Assembly (NCBI RefSeq): GCF_006345805.1
Contig: NC_043013.1
Span: forward strand, 27,652,001-27,716,000
Length of the DNA: 64,000 bases
Direction of reading: 5' to 3'
Origin: Octopus sinensis
Lineage: Eukaryota
A program made the translations under genes and the position numbers. A model generated the notes under the pieces. It had not been told where the DNA came from. It saw nothing but the letters and a program-made list of their open reading frames with translations, and did not search any database. Positions 49,401 to 63,461 of this stretch are shown here, piece by piece. Position 1 is the stretch's first letter; each line of letters begins with the position of its first letter.

Positions 49401-52016
49401 CAGTAGAAATAAACTACCTACACAATAATTGTACAGAAAGACATGATGAAATGTCACCTTTCTGAAAATATGTCATGTGCTTCTGTCACATTATCATTAT
49501 GGATGGGAGACCAAGTGCCAGAGGCTAGAGAACCGAATAAGCACTAGAGCACAAGGTACAATAATTATTGATAATTATTGCAAATAATAAAATAGTGAAA
49601 ACAAAGCAAATTATCAGTGTTAGCAAAAAATCACAACAACAAAAATTGCTTATGATGTGTTGGCAGTTATGTAGGGAAGTCACATCATGTTATACCTCCT
49701 TTTCCAGCATGCGCAATCTGCACCTGATTATGTCTTATATTATTTAATGAATCTGTTGCCTAGAAAACCATTTAGGAAGATGAAAGGCAATGAGTGGATG
49801 GCAACAAAGCCATAACAGTGGTGTGTCATCCTGGTGGCCAATTGCAGTTACATAGAACATCACAGCTAGAAATAAAGAGTTTTACATCCTGTGTGGTAAT
49901 TCTCTTGACCAAAATATGAGTATACAACAGATCTGAAAGAAGATAAAGTTGATATACAGTACTCCCATAACTTAGTTTATTTATGATTTCATATTTTATC
50001 CCAGTAAACTGTCACAATATTAAATGAAATAAAAGAAGGAACGCGTCTGACAATGCAGAAAGTTTTAAAAAAACCTTATATTTTGCCCAAAATATAAAAA
50101 CGATTTAAAAACCTTCTGCATTGTTAGAAGCTTTCCTTATTTCATTCATTATTCTACTTCTATACTACAATGCTTCAAGTGAACTACAACACTCTTCTGT
50201 CAACAATAATGTATTTATTAATAGACTCAGAGATTTTCCCCTAACAAAACCACTTTAAAATATTTTCTAATAAGTGTATGATTAATCATACCAAATTTGT
50301 TGTTGTTTTTTCCCCCCAAAATATACTTGTAAAATAAGAATGCTTCTTATATACCAGGAAATGTGGTAACTGCCATATGAAGCAAACGACTCACCTAAGG
50401 CTATCTTTTTATTATGAAAATCTTTTCTACAATATTTTAAGATTCTACTGATAGAGCTTGGCCTTTCATGAAATTTTTCAACTGTCATGAAGGATACTTG
50501 AGACTCTTTGGTTATTTTTTTTTCATCAACTTATAATTAATGTTAATTTAAATACTTTGTCTGCAAGATTTTTTATTGTCACTTATGAATATAAATACCT
50601 CTTGCTGCAAAGTGATAATTAATTGTAAATAAATTACAAATTGAAGCTTTATAAAATATTTTCTTAATGTTATTTTAATATCTGTCGGATCTCTTCACAC
50701 AAACATACATAATCATCATCATTTCGCATCTGCTTTGCTGGCATACCACTGGATGGTGCAGTCCTCGTTGCAGTATGGTAGTTTGTGTGCATCAATGACT
50801 CAAAGCCACTCTAGCAGAATGCAGGTCCCTGGTAGGGATTCCCATGTTGAGCCAGTCAAAGGGCAGAAGCCTCACTAATATGGACCGTTTCTTCCCCAAA
50901 GTAAAAGTGGATTTGTGTAGGGCCAACACCCCTACCTAGACAAAAGCAAAGTTACAGAAGCAACAATGACAATTCAAAGCCAACAAGACCTTTGAGGAGA
51001 AGCAGAAAAGACAGCCTGGAGTTAAGAACAGAGGAGAAAATATGCTGATGGCCTATGCTACAGAGGAAGTGGAGAGCTTAAGTAACAGTTTGCTAGCACA
51101 GTTGAATCCAGAGTTACTTTCCTCCCATGTTGGTCAGAGAAGCACAGCTTGCTCAAATGTGTCATGTTTACATGCTTTTCTAAAAACCATTAGAGTGTAG
51201 GTCAGTGGAGCCTGGTAAATGTTTTTCACTGGAGGAAAAGCTTTCAAATATTGATTTTATATTTACATCACATGTATTCTATAACAGCAATTAGTTTTTA
51301 CTGTGAATTTTATGAAGAATATATATATGAATTTCTAAGGTATTATTTTAAAACTTCACAAAAATGTATTGAGAATAATTTACCTACGTTTTTACACTTA
51401 TTAGCCTGTAAAATGAGATTTTTCAACCACGTATAAGATACTGAAGGAAGTAACATTTGATCAAATTCTATAATCAATTTCCAGTTCCTAGCCGTAACTA
51501 TAACCCTTTGAATATAGTATCTGAGACAATTACAATTCCTATATCCTTCTTCCTGAAGACTAATCTGTTATCAATGAATACCTTAACCTAGTTAACCACT
51601 TGGATTTTTATGCCACATATATATAAAAATAAAGTATTTCACCTAATGGGTAGTTATGGACAGCATCATTGATAAGATATAATTTAGGAAATAAAAAGAC
51701 ATTGCTCCTTAAAAAGTATCACAAGAAAGTTAAAATTTTGCAAATTATTTTATTAAAATTTTGTACATTTTTAGCATATTTATTTTTCTAATATATTACA
51801 AATCACGTCTCTGTCTCAATTTCACAATGAATCAGATTTTCAAATACCATTCCATTACTAAATAAAATTAGTTGCTTTAAGACTAGCTTTCTTCCATTAT
51901 GCTAGTAATGATCTTGCAGCTAAAATCTCTCAGCACACATAACTTCTTCATATGACAAGCTAGACTGTACGGGAATTTCCAGAGCAAGATTGAACGGGAG
52001 TTTCCAGATCAAACTC

Positions 52017-52138
52017 TTATGGGAGTTTCCATTCTTTATTTTCAGGGAGCGGAGTAAAATACCAATTAACTTTGTCGTCTGTGACATCAGAAATATTTGA
52101 AGGTTGCCAATTTGGTTTGTGGTCTTTATCCACCAACA
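52017..52138 (-). CDS. HIBCH: 3-hydroxyisobutyryl-CoA hydrolase terminal exon (LVDKDHKPNWQP..KLP*)
   Basis: DKD..P.W.P motif of HIBCH, TTACAG acceptor, TAA at 52019-52017. Confidence 0.92.
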
Positions 52139-52491
52139 CTGTAAGAGAAAACACAAAATAAATAAATAAATATTCGAATGAATAAATTTTAAATTGATCT
52201 CAAATTTATCAATTCTTTCTGATTTTGTCACAAGGCAAGCAATTTTGAGGGGAGGGGGCAAATCAATGACATTGACCTCCCAGTACATGACTGGTACTTA
52301 TTTTATCATCCCTGAAAGGATGAAAGACAAAGTCAACTTCGGTGAAAATTGAGTTCAGAATGTAAAAAGCTAAATGAAATGCAGTTGAGCACTTTGTCTG
52401 ATGTGTCAACCATTCTGTCAGCTTTGCTGTCTTTTCAATAAATGAAAATGTTCTTTGTAGGAAATACACATTTGGGAAACAAATTTGGTTT

Positions 52492-52715
52492 TTAACCCTT
52501 TTGTTACCATATTTGTGCTGAAATATATGAACTTTGCTTCAGTTTAAAAAAAAAATGAAAAATTTACTCAAATAACTGTCATTATTAAACTGGTGTTTGT
52601 AACATAAATTAACCTGAAATTTTGGTGGAAGATTTTAACTTGGATTACTTTAAAACCAAAGGTTTGTATCAAAGAACCAGGGGTGGCTTCAGGCAGATGG
52701 CATCTAAAGAGTTAA
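52492..52715. mobile_element. TTAA-flanked piggyBac-like MITE
   Basis: Starts TTAACCCTTTTG and ends AAAGAGTTAA. Related copies lie at ~53811-54005 and ~22862-23095, and inverted at ~36000-36190. Confidence 0.55.
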
Positions 52716-53164
52716 AGGAATTCTCTAATTATGAAGAAATTTTTATGTTAATAATCAGTAAAATCTTCCAGTTCTATTATTATTAACACAAGCTTTTAGA
52801 ATCCAGCATTTAGAAAAATAAACTGACAAGTCATGTAATGAAACAAAGTTCTGTGATACAAATTTAGTCAAAAAATGTAGTTTTAAGTAGCCAATTGTCA
52901 GAAATCAGTCAAATAGTTACAATAATATTAATAAAGAAAAAAAAAACTATTCTAACAAAAATTGATAACCAAGTTCATGTGTTCATTGATTTGTAAAATA
53001 AATACAATTATCAAAATATAATGACAATGTCTCAACACATGATTTTAGATAAAATATTTTGCTAAACATATTGACATTTATAATTTCTCTACAGAAAACA
53101 TCTAGTTACATTCAAATTATTTACAAATCTATAAACTGACATAAAAAAAAAAATCTATACTCAC

Positions 53165-53303
53165 TGGCACGGACTCCTTCATGAAAATCACTGTCTTCTA
53201 CAAAATGCTGGCTAAGGCGATATTCCATTTTGAAGCAGGCATCAAATTCTTTCTTTGCTCCTTCTTTGAGTTGGTTCAAGGTCACTTTCAAAGATATTGG
53301 TGA
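53165..53303 (-). CDS. HIBCH: HIBCH exon (SPISLKVTL..MEYRLSQ..DFHEGVRA)
   Basis: Conserved SP.SLK.T, MEYRLSQ and DFHEGVRA motifs, canonical sites. Confidence 0.95.
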
Positions 53304-54616
53304 CTACGAAAGGAAGAAACAAACATACAAGATTAAAGCCATAGGAATGAACATTGAACTGGCCGATGCCAGCGCCGCATTGACTGGCTTCTGTGCCGGT
53401 GGCACATAAAAAGCACCAATCTGATTGTGGCCGATGCCAGCCTTGCCTGGCACCTGTGTCGGTGGCACATAAAAAGCACCCACTACACTCACGGAGTGGC
53501 TGGCGTTAGGAAGGGCATCCAGCTGTAGAAACACTGCCAGATCAGACTGGAGCCTGGTGCAACCTTCTGGCTTCCCAGATCCCCGGTCGAACTGTCCAAC
53601 CCATGCTAGCATGGAGAACGGACGTTAAATGATGATGAAATGAAGAAATAAGACGCTTCTATGACTATTTTAGATGCTTTAATTAATTTTTTAAAAAAAA
53701 ATAATAAAAAATTTTGTAGAATTTATTAAAATAGCTTACTTTTCCACTATTGACGACAAAACAATATGGTCTTACATAAAATTATGTTTGAAAGTTTTAA
53801 ATTTGGTTTTTAACCCTTTTGTTACCATATTTGTGTTGAAATATATGAACTTTGCTTCAGTTTTAAAAATAATTAAAAATTTACTCAACTGTCATTATTA
53901 AACTGGTGTTTGGAACATAAATTAACCTGAAATTTTGGTGGAAGATTTTAACTTGGATGAACTTAAGAACTAGGGACAGTCGTGGGTTGACATAAAAAGA
54001 GTTAAACACTGCTAGAAACAACAGTCAAGTCTTCAAGTAAAGTCTTGAAAAAGGACATATTACATAAACTAAGTTGGATAAATGCCAAGCCAGTCAAGGA
54101 TGACTTCCCTCTTCTATAATTCTATGAGAGGGAACCTTTACATGTATGCTCACTCTGCTAGAAACCAGTTTTAAAAAGGAAGGACATTAGATAACACAGT
54201 CCTAAATACACAAAGGTGAAGGTGCATGGCCTAGTGGTTAGAGTGTTGCACTCACAAGTGCAAGACCATGGTTTCAATTGCTAAAACTGGGGAGTGCAAT
54301 GTACTCTTGAGCAAGACACTCCATCTCACTTTGCTCTGTGATCACTGTGACACTCAACATATAGTACACTGTGCACCCGTTGAGACAACATCAATTCGAA
54401 GGAGGGAATGAGCTAATGTATAACACATACATTTGATCTCTTCTAAACAAATCGTTTGTGGAGGTCATTCAGCAAGAAATTGCAGAACCATCTTTCTTGG
54501 ACTACAAGAGACTACCATTAAATACTCAAAGACTGAACAAGAGCCAAAAGGATGAAGGCTGGAATATAAGAAGATTCATTGAATTAAAACTGAACTGTGG
54601 CTGAACAACAACTTAC

Positions 54617-54772
54617 CATTTTACTTATGATATTGACTTGATCAAGGGCCCATTCTGACCCATCTTCTTTCAAGTTTTCAATAATTTCTTCAACTGTATT
54701 TCCACCAAATAATTTGTTAATTTTTTCCATATGAGGTTCTAAAATAAAACTCTTGCTTTCATCAGTTTTACT
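54617..54772 (-). CDS. HIBCH: HIBCH exon ([31 protein letters not shown])
   Basis: Matches [26 protein letters not shown]. Confidence 0.94.
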
Positions 54773-55049
54773 CTGCAAAAACCAGAATGTATCAATGTTT
54801 TTTTTTTTAAAAAGTAAAAAATACCATCAGAAATTACACACACACACATTATATGTTATAGGGTTCATTGGAATCTAGGCATATCAACATGAGGATGGCA
54901 AGAGTAGCTGGGTACTTAGTGGAATTATGTTCATTATGGTAGTCAGTGAATGGGTCAACTGCCATCTCTGCATTGTAAAAAGCTTTCCTAATTTTATTTA
55001 TTATTCTACTTCTGTACTACAATGCTTTAAGTGAATTACAAACAATGCC

Positions 55050-55085
<36 letters not shown>

Positions 55086-55752
55086 GTGGCACGTAAAAAG
55101 CACCTATGGAGTGGTTGGCATTATGAAGGGCATCCAGCTGTAGAAACACTGCTAGATCAGACTGGAGCTTGGTTCAGCTTCCTGGCTTCCCAGACTCTGC
55201 TAGCATGGAAAACAGACGTTAAACGATGATGATGATGTACGTATGTATAAGTTGTTTTAATGGTGGAACTCTATGTAGATAAAACTTTAGATAATAGAAC
55301 ATGAAATATTCAGTTAAAAAACCCTTGGATAGAATATAGTTGAAAGTTATCCATGGGATGTGAACCCACATCATTGGAGAACATGTCAGGTCCTTTAACT
55401 CAATACTTGCTATTATTTATAGCTTAAACTAGCTGAAGTTACAGTGTTAAAATATATTTCATATTTTTTGAAGTTTCTATAAAAAATTTAAATAAAAGTT
55501 TCTTATGTATGTGTCTATATATGCATATATAATCCCATATAGGCTTCTACTACATAAACCTACCTATAGTTACAAAGTTAATATCTAATCCCTCAGATAA
55601 TTAATGCAAAAACCACCCACAACACACAAAAATGGTCTAAATCAATTTTTGATATTAATTAACAGAAATTAATTTTATTTTCCATTATTTTTACTGAAAA
55701 TGGAAAGCAAAGACTGTTGTATGTCTGATATGAGAAACTGAAAAAGGCTTAC

Positions 55753-55839
55753 CTGATTTTGGAAGTCATTTAACACCTGAGCTATTTTCTTCTGTGTTGG
55801 AGATTCTAAAGTCAACAAAGATTTTTCAAGAGAGTCTAC
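55753..55839 (-). CDS. HIBCH: HIBCH exon (VDSLEKSLLTLESPTQKKIAQVLNDFQNQ)
   Basis: 87 nt, phase 0/0, canonical sites, HIBCH-like. Confidence 0.88.
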
Positions 55840-57375
55840 CTGGTAATAACAGACGATTGAAATAAATAGAATTATTCCTCTATTCCATGCCCCCCACTCC
55901 CATGCAAAAAATAGGATAAATGCTGTTGTTACATCATAACCTTTCAACTGTGAAATTAAATTTCATGGTTATTCCAGCAATGATGTTTAATATTTACCAA
56001 GAAATAGAAAATTGGTAATTTCTGCAAGTCACATTGCCCCAACAAATTTGAAAATAGTTTCAAATATGACATTCCTCCAACAAAAGAGAGATTTGTATAT
56101 AAAACTGCTTTCATTACCCCTAATGCTAAAGGGTTAACCTCTTTTTGCAGTTAAGGGCAATGAAATTTTGAGTGGGAAGGTAGGCCCTGAAATGGTGCAC
56201 ATTCTCTCCTGATGACCCCATACACTTGCTGGCTTCCGATACGTGGAGCTTTCGACTGGTAGCACTTGCATGTGCAAGTTGTTTGCAAAACATCATATCT
56301 GATTTCCACAGTAATAAGGATTCATTACACACATCAGGGCACCATTCGAGCGTGATCGTTACCAACATCGCTTCACTGGCACGTGTAAAAAGATTTGAGC
56401 GAGGTCATTGCTAGTACCGCCTGACTGGCCCCCATGCAGGTGGCACGTAAAAAGCACCCACTACACTCTTGGAGTGGTTGGCATTAGGAAGGGCATCCAG
56501 CTGTAGAAACTCTGCCAGATCAAGACTGGAGCCTGGTGCAGCCATCTGGTTGCCTGCCCTCAGTCAAAACCGTCCAACCCATGCTAGCATGGAAAACGGA
56601 TGTTAAATGATGATGATGTGTGTATGTAACATACTGTGCATCTCTATGCAAACCTGTGTTAATTAGATTAGAATTTTTTTTATCATGTTCACTGCACTAG
56701 TTCTTGTCTGATCACTGGAGCTAAGCAACAATGAGCCTTGTAAGTAGTCAGATGGGAAACTTAGGTGATATAAGCATCTTTACAGGAACAGTCATGGATG
56801 AGTGGTTTAGAAGCTTGCTTTGCAACTGCAAAGTTTCAAGATCAGTCCCACTTTATGGGACCTTGGGCAAGTGTCTTCTACTATAGCTTCAAACCAACCA
56901 ATGCCACGTAAGTGAATTTAGTAGATAGAAACTGTATGGAAGCTTGTTGTATATACACACACATACACCTGACAGAAAGGGGATCCAACCACAGGAAATT
57001 TACCTCAACAAATTCTGTCTGCAAGTGAGCATGAAATGAATGAATGCATGCATTAATCTTTGTGTTTGTCCCCCACCACTGTTTAACAACTAATGTTGAT
57101 TTGCGTATATTCCTATCTTAGTGTGTAAGAAAAATATGTGTGTGTATGACAAGGTTTCAGTTTCTGTCTACCAAATTCTCTCACAAGTCTTTAGCTGGCC
57201 ATGAACTATAGCAGAAGACACCAAAGATCAGATGGTTGAGGAGCAAGCCCCTTAATCACACAGCCATGCCTGTGCCTCCTGAATATTAAAGAAAGTAATT
57301 TGATATGCCCGTTCCCAAATCCCAGTTAACTCCAGCTTACATATATCTTCTGTGAGGTAAAAATGGAACGCTTAC

Positions 57376-57521
57376 CTTGTTTTTTTCTACAAAATGAGTA
57401 GCAACCCCAGCTTTACAAACATCACGGCCTTTCAGTCGATATCCAGTTAGAGCTAAAAACATTCCAAGATTTCCTTGCAGCCGTGGTAGAAAGTGGCTTC
57501 CACCAACATCAGGAAACAATC
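57376..57521 (-). CDS. HIBCH: HIBCH exon ([40 protein letters not shown])
   Basis: Catalytic PDVGG region of crotonase-fold HIBCH. Confidence 0.96.
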
Positions 57522-58371
57522 CTATTGTTCCACAAAAGATTAACAGTGTAAGTTTTCTGATAAATATTCACCATTTTACCATTATTTTTCAACACACACA
57601 CACACAATGTGTACATAAATATATAACTGTATCTGAGTTCTTATTAGACTGGCAAAGGTGGCGAGCTGGCATAATTGTTAGTGTCAGCAAAAATGCTTTA
57701 CAGTATTTCTTCTGACACTTCATGTTCTGAGTTCAAATGCTACTGAGGTTAACTTTGTGTGTCATCATTTCAGGGGTTGGTAAAATAAGTACCAATCAAG
57801 TACTGGGGTCAATGTAATCGATCTACCTCCCCTCCTAAAAAACGATGGCCTTGTGCTGAAATGAGAAGAATTCTTACTAGAAAGCCAAATGTTTTCACTC
57901 CCAGGTATTTGTCTTTTTTCCTTCACACTAACATGGATTTGATTTACAAATTATGAAATTTTTATGAATGGCCAGAGAAACTTTTTATGTTTATGGTTCC
58001 TTTACAATCAGATATCCTTCATAACACTAAGATACAGAAATATTACATTTATTGAGCTAGGAAGACTGAAGCAGGTAAACCATATCCAAAAATGGGATTG
58101 TAAGAACAGCTGTTGAGTTTATAAAATTAGGAGGCCATTAGCTAAATTACCAGCATAGGGTCCAGTCATCGCAGTGGAATGATGGCTTGGTTATCTTAAT
58201 GATCATGAAAAGCAATGTCAGTAGAGTGCAAGCTCCTGGTAGGGTCTCTCATGCTGGACAGGTCAAAGAGTAGAAACCAGACAAATATAGACCACCCCTT
58301 CCCAGGGGTAAAAGAAGGAGTTGTTTGGGCCAACACCCTGACCTAGAAAACAGCAAAGTTACTGAATCATC

Positions 58372-59311
58372 AATGTCAAATGTTATAAATATTTGTTCAC
58401 ATTTTTTTGAGTTCATCACACATTATCTCATAGCTTCAAGATTTCAATGATGTGAAATCCATTGCCCCCTGTTGGCCACCATATTATTGCCCCACTTTTC
58501 TTCAAACCCCCCACCCCTCAATCTTTCTGCTGCCCACAGCACGGGGGCACTGGTCTAGAATATCTGTGCATGTAGTAGCAGTACCAACCCAATGCTTAGC
58601 AGTATTTTATCCATCTTTACAAAATTCTACCGAGGTCAACTTTGCCTTTCATCGATGGAAGAGGAGGACCCAGAGTGGAGATTAGTGGAGAGAAGTTGAT
58701 GGCCAAAGCTCCATAGGCAGCAAAGGGCTTAACCCATTAGCACTTTCACCGGTCATATCCAGCCCAAACACTCTTCTTTTTTATGCTCAAACTGGTCAGA
58801 TCTGGCCTCTTACACTGCTACAATGCCATTCTAAAGATAAACAACCACATCATCAAAATCTCAAAGCTGCAATATAATGTATGAATAACTTAAAACAATG
58901 TGGATGAATAAGAATTTGATAGAAAATCTGACTGCCAAAGGGCTTAAGTGAGTATTGGCTAAATTAGGAATTTAGAGTGGAACTAACCCTGCTTGTCATC
59001 CTGCACCAGAGTTATTAATTCTTTAGCATTCAGATTATTCTGTCAACTGTTATAAATATTTGTTCACATTCTTTTGAATTCATTACGCATTATCTCATAG
59101 CTTTGAGATTTTAATGATGTAAAATCCATTGCCCCCTTTTGGCCACCCTATTATTGCCCCACTTTTCTTCAAGCTTCCCCCGCTTCTTTCTGCTCACTTT
59201 GGAGACCGCTGGTCTAGGATATCTGTGCATGTAGTAGCAGTACCAACCCAATGCTTAGCAGTATTTTATCCATCTTTACAAAATTCTACCGAGGTCAACT
59301 TTGCCTTTCAT
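58372..59311. repeat. Local direct duplication of ~275 bp (58372-58652 and ~59040-59311) in an HIBCH intron
   Basis: Both copies share TGTTATAAATATTTGTTCACATT..ATCTGTGCATGTAGTAGCAGTACCAACCCAATGCTTAGCAGTATTTTATCCATCTTTACAAAATTCTACCGAGGTCAACTTTGCCTTTCATC. The two ORF-track peptides are near-identical. Confidence 0.85.
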
Positions 59312-59457
59312 CTTTTTGAGGGTGGCAAAATAAGTACCAGTTGAATACTAGGGTCAATGTAATTGACTTACCTCAACCCCACCCTCCGAAATTGCTGGCC
59401 TTGTGCCAAAATTTGAAACCAGTATACTTTAAAGTGTTAAAACAGAATTTAAGTTTA

Positions 59458-59550
<93 letters not shown>

Positions 59551-60124
59551 CTAGAAACAAACAAAAACAAACATATAGCCATGGCTGTGTGGTTTGGGTT
59601 CAATCCTACTGTGTGGTCTCTCAAACTAATTCCTTCCACTATAGCCTCACACTGTCCAATGGCTTGTGAATGGAATAGGTAGACAGAAATTCTGTAGAAG
59701 CTTGTTTGTGTGTGTGTATGTAGATGTGTCCCACTGCTTGACAACAGGTGTTGGTTTGTTTATCTCCCCTAACTTAGAGGTTCAGCAAAAAAGACTGATA
59801 AGTACCACACTTAAAAAAGTAAGTACTGACATCAGTTTGTTCAACTAAACCCTTCAACACACTGCTCCAGTATGGCTGCAGTCCAAGATAAAAAGATAAG
59901 GATGATGATCATGATAAATGTTATTCATTTATTCACTGGCATTAAGAAGGACATCCAGCCATAGAAAACCTGCCAAAACAGACATGGAACCTGAACAGTC
60001 CTTCAGCTGACCAGCTCCTGTCAAACCGTCCAACCCATGACAGCATGGAAAACAGACATATGATGATCATGATGATGTTTATTTACTGATTTCAGTTTAA
60101 ATAGTTTCATTACTCAATACTTAC

Positions 60125-60177
60125 TCCACCCATGGTAATCCCATCAATAACAGCAACAAATGGATATTTGAATGTTC
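60125..60177 (-). CDS. HIBCH: HIBCH exon (GTFKYPFVAVIDGITMGG)
   Basis: GITMGG oxyanion-hole motif, canonical sites. Confidence 0.95.
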
Positions 60178-61328
60178 CTGAAATGAATATAAAAGAAAAT
60201 TACATAGCTTTACTCTCAGATATATGCATCATGATAATATCACCTGTGCTTGTGCCACGTAAAATGCACTCTGCTGGGTGGTTGGTGTTAGGAAAGAGCA
60301 TCCAGCTGTAAAAAATCCTGCCAAAACAGTCACAGAAGTTTGGTGCAGCCTGGCCAGCTCCCGTCAAACTGTCCTACCCATGCTAGCATGGACGGTGGAT
60401 GTTAAACGATAATGATGAGGATGATGATTTCTAGCACTGGTACAAATCTATAAATTTTGTGTGGAGAAGGGTAAAAAATCGATTAGATCAAGACTATTTG
60501 TTGATTGGTGCTTCTGCTATCAACCCCAGAAAGATGACAGATAAAGTCAATCTCAGCAAGGTTTGAACACAACACAAAAAAGACAACAAAAGAAAATGTC
60601 AAGCCTATTACTCACTATGGAGGTGCATGGCTTAGTGGTTAAGGGGTTGGACACATGGTCATAAGATTGTGGTTTTGATTCCCAAACCGGGCGATGCATT
60701 GTGTTCTTGAGCAAAACACATCACTTCACGTTGCTCCAGTCCACTCAACTCAGATTGCAAAAAGCCAGAATGAATGAATATAGCAAAGCATTCTATTGAG
60801 TCCTCTAACAACATGCCAACATAGGATAGTGGTTTCAAATTTTGGCACAAGGCCAGTAATTTTGGAGGCGGGGTAAGTCGATTACATCATCGCCAGCGCT
60901 CAACTGGTACTTATTTTGGCAATCCCAAAAGGATGAAAGGCAAAGTCGACCTTGGTGGAATTTGAACTCAGAACATACAATATACAGTCGGACGAAATGC
61001 CACTAAGCACTTTGCCTGGCATGCTAATGATTCTGCCAGCTCATTGCCTTTGCCAACATAAGATATTACAAGGTGTAGTATCAAAAAGAGCTGGAATCTT
61101 TCCTCAGTAAAAACCAGGAAAGGACACCAGAGTCAAGAACGTTGAGGGTGGAAGGGGGAGGTGGAGAGTGAAGGTGTGCCACAGTTAGGGGTGAGGCCAC
61201 AAAAGAAACACATCATCTCTACCTTTACTACAAAGCACGTCCATATGAGCCTGTCTTCACTACAAAACCACATTATGCATGATGAAGCTACTGAAAATTC
61301 CATAAGAAACTATTAAAAGACGACTTAC

Positions 61329-61409
61329 CAATTTTGTGGTTTAATATATATTCTTCTTTAAAGAAGTCTTCAGCATATGAGTCTCCACTTTCTTTCGATT
61401 TTGTAATAG
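61329..61409 (-). CDS. HIBCH: HIBCH exon (ITKSKESGDSYAEDFFKEEYILNHKI)
   Basis: FF.EEY.LN motif, phase 1/1. Confidence 0.93.
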
Positions 61410-61815
61410 CTGGAAGGGTTCAGAATAGAATAGAAAGTGGTAAATTTAAAGATATTTTAAGAAAAATAAAATTCCACAACATAAAACAAAAAAATAAAAA
61501 TCAATATATTTTACAGTCATCATTCAATTAAATCCCTGCTAATTAAGCAATTAGAGTTTTCTTTTTGATTTGCATTACATTAGGAGATTTTGGCCCAAAC
61601 TGTTTTTATTGCATTACATCCAGCTGTAGGTATGGCCTAGTGGTAAAAAGTTGGCTTCCCAAACAACATGGTTTTGGATTCAGTCCCACTGCATGACACC
61701 TTGGGCAAGTGTCTTCTTCTCTAGCACTAGACCAACCAAACTTTGTGGGTGGTTTTGGTAGACAGAAACTGAAAAAGGCCACTCTACACATATACACATA
61801 TACACACACACACAC

Positions 61816-61851
<36 letters not shown>

Positions 61852-63461
61852 GTGTGTATCTTGCTTTAACATCATGTAATAATTGTTAACAAATGCCACT
61901 GTTTGGCAAGTGATGTTTTATGTTGCCAATCTTCCATGAAAACATGTCTGGTCATGGGAAACAATAGCTTATTTGGAAATTGGAAACAGATGAGGGTTGG
62001 TGATAGGAAAGGAATCCAGCCACAGAAAATTCACCTCAAGAAATTCCACTGACCCATGCTAGTGTGGAAAAGTGGTAATTTAAAACGATAACATCCACAT
62101 GTCTATCTTGCTTATCATCAACTACTGTAATGATCAAAGTTGGATGTTTATTATAACACCATATATTTGGTGAACTCAAAAGGTCTGCTGACATGAGTGG
62201 TGTTTAGCCCTAGGTCAACCTTGACTGTAACTGAGAAAATACATGATTAAAGGCAATCTAATTATTAAAATGACTACTCTATCTTTTTGCTGGGCACAAA
62301 AAAAAAAAACCCCTTTGATTACACTATTCAATATGTCATTCTCTTCTAAGACATGAAGTTCTAATTTGATGGACATTTCATAACTAACATGTCAATAGAC
62401 CACATAGGGTCTCTCTCACTTGCTCATAAGTATAGGAATGTATATCAGTATATGTATGTGCAGAAATGAAATTGTTAACTTTTCACCAAATCATAAAGTC
62501 TCCTAAGGCCAGTTTATTTCCAATTTCTTTTACAAAATTGAAAGGATGAGAGATAAATCTCCTTTGGGATAGGATGCTAGCTTATCACAGATAACCCTTT
62601 TTCCTTTAGAAGTAAATGACTTTGGCACTGCATTGCAACAAATCCCTCAGCATTTCCACTGCTGCTACTGCCCACAACAACAAACTATAGCCACTCTGCA
62701 TAAACTATTTAGAGATAAGTGGACTCAGGACCTGTAAGAAGGAGATTCTATCAATACATTGGTCCAGAATCTGTAGCTCTCTACAAGAGGCCACCACCAT
62801 CACTACCACTAACAGACATCTGCCACATCCAGAGGCCTGTATGTAGTCTTGTCAAATTTCACACTGTGGACCTAGGTTGACTTAGTCATTAACAGTTATC
62901 TCAACCATAGACACAGCACAGTCATAACATGACCTGAACCGGATTATCCAGTAGTTTATCAGCATGGCTCTCCAGTGAAGTTGCTGTGGGAATGGATAAA
63001 AATCTAATGTCTCAGACAGAATCCATTTTCAGGAAAAAGCTGACATGTGAGAAATTAAAGAGGCACAACAGAGTTTTATATCTAAGTGAGAAGAACTGGT
63101 TGCAACTCAGAGAGAAGATAAAATTCTGCTGTTTCTTTAATTTCTTACATGATTGATTGATTGATTGATTGATTCTAGTTTCAGCTTATGAGCTGTGGCC
63201 ATGCTGGGGCACCGCCATTTGGTGTTGCTACTTGGTTTCACTTCATGGAGGCTTTCTAGCAACTGCTATGTTAACTTTTCCTGAAGATGTTGCATTTTCT
63301 ATTCCTCTAAGTTCATTGTATTCATTTTGTCAATTTTCTTCTGTGCGTGCGTGCGTGTGTGTGTGTGCAGGTATCTCTCTCTCTCTCTCAGTAAGCATAG
63401 AAATGGTAAATGTAAAGGTATTCTTTAGTTTATTGAAAAGGAAGAGCAAATGGAAACACAC

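Noticed and set aside
55335-55415. tRNA-like stretch on the - strand (GGGTTCACATCCC B-box-like)
   Set aside because: No clean cloverleaf. Like the other tRNA-like heads in the window, it is best treated as a decayed SINE head.
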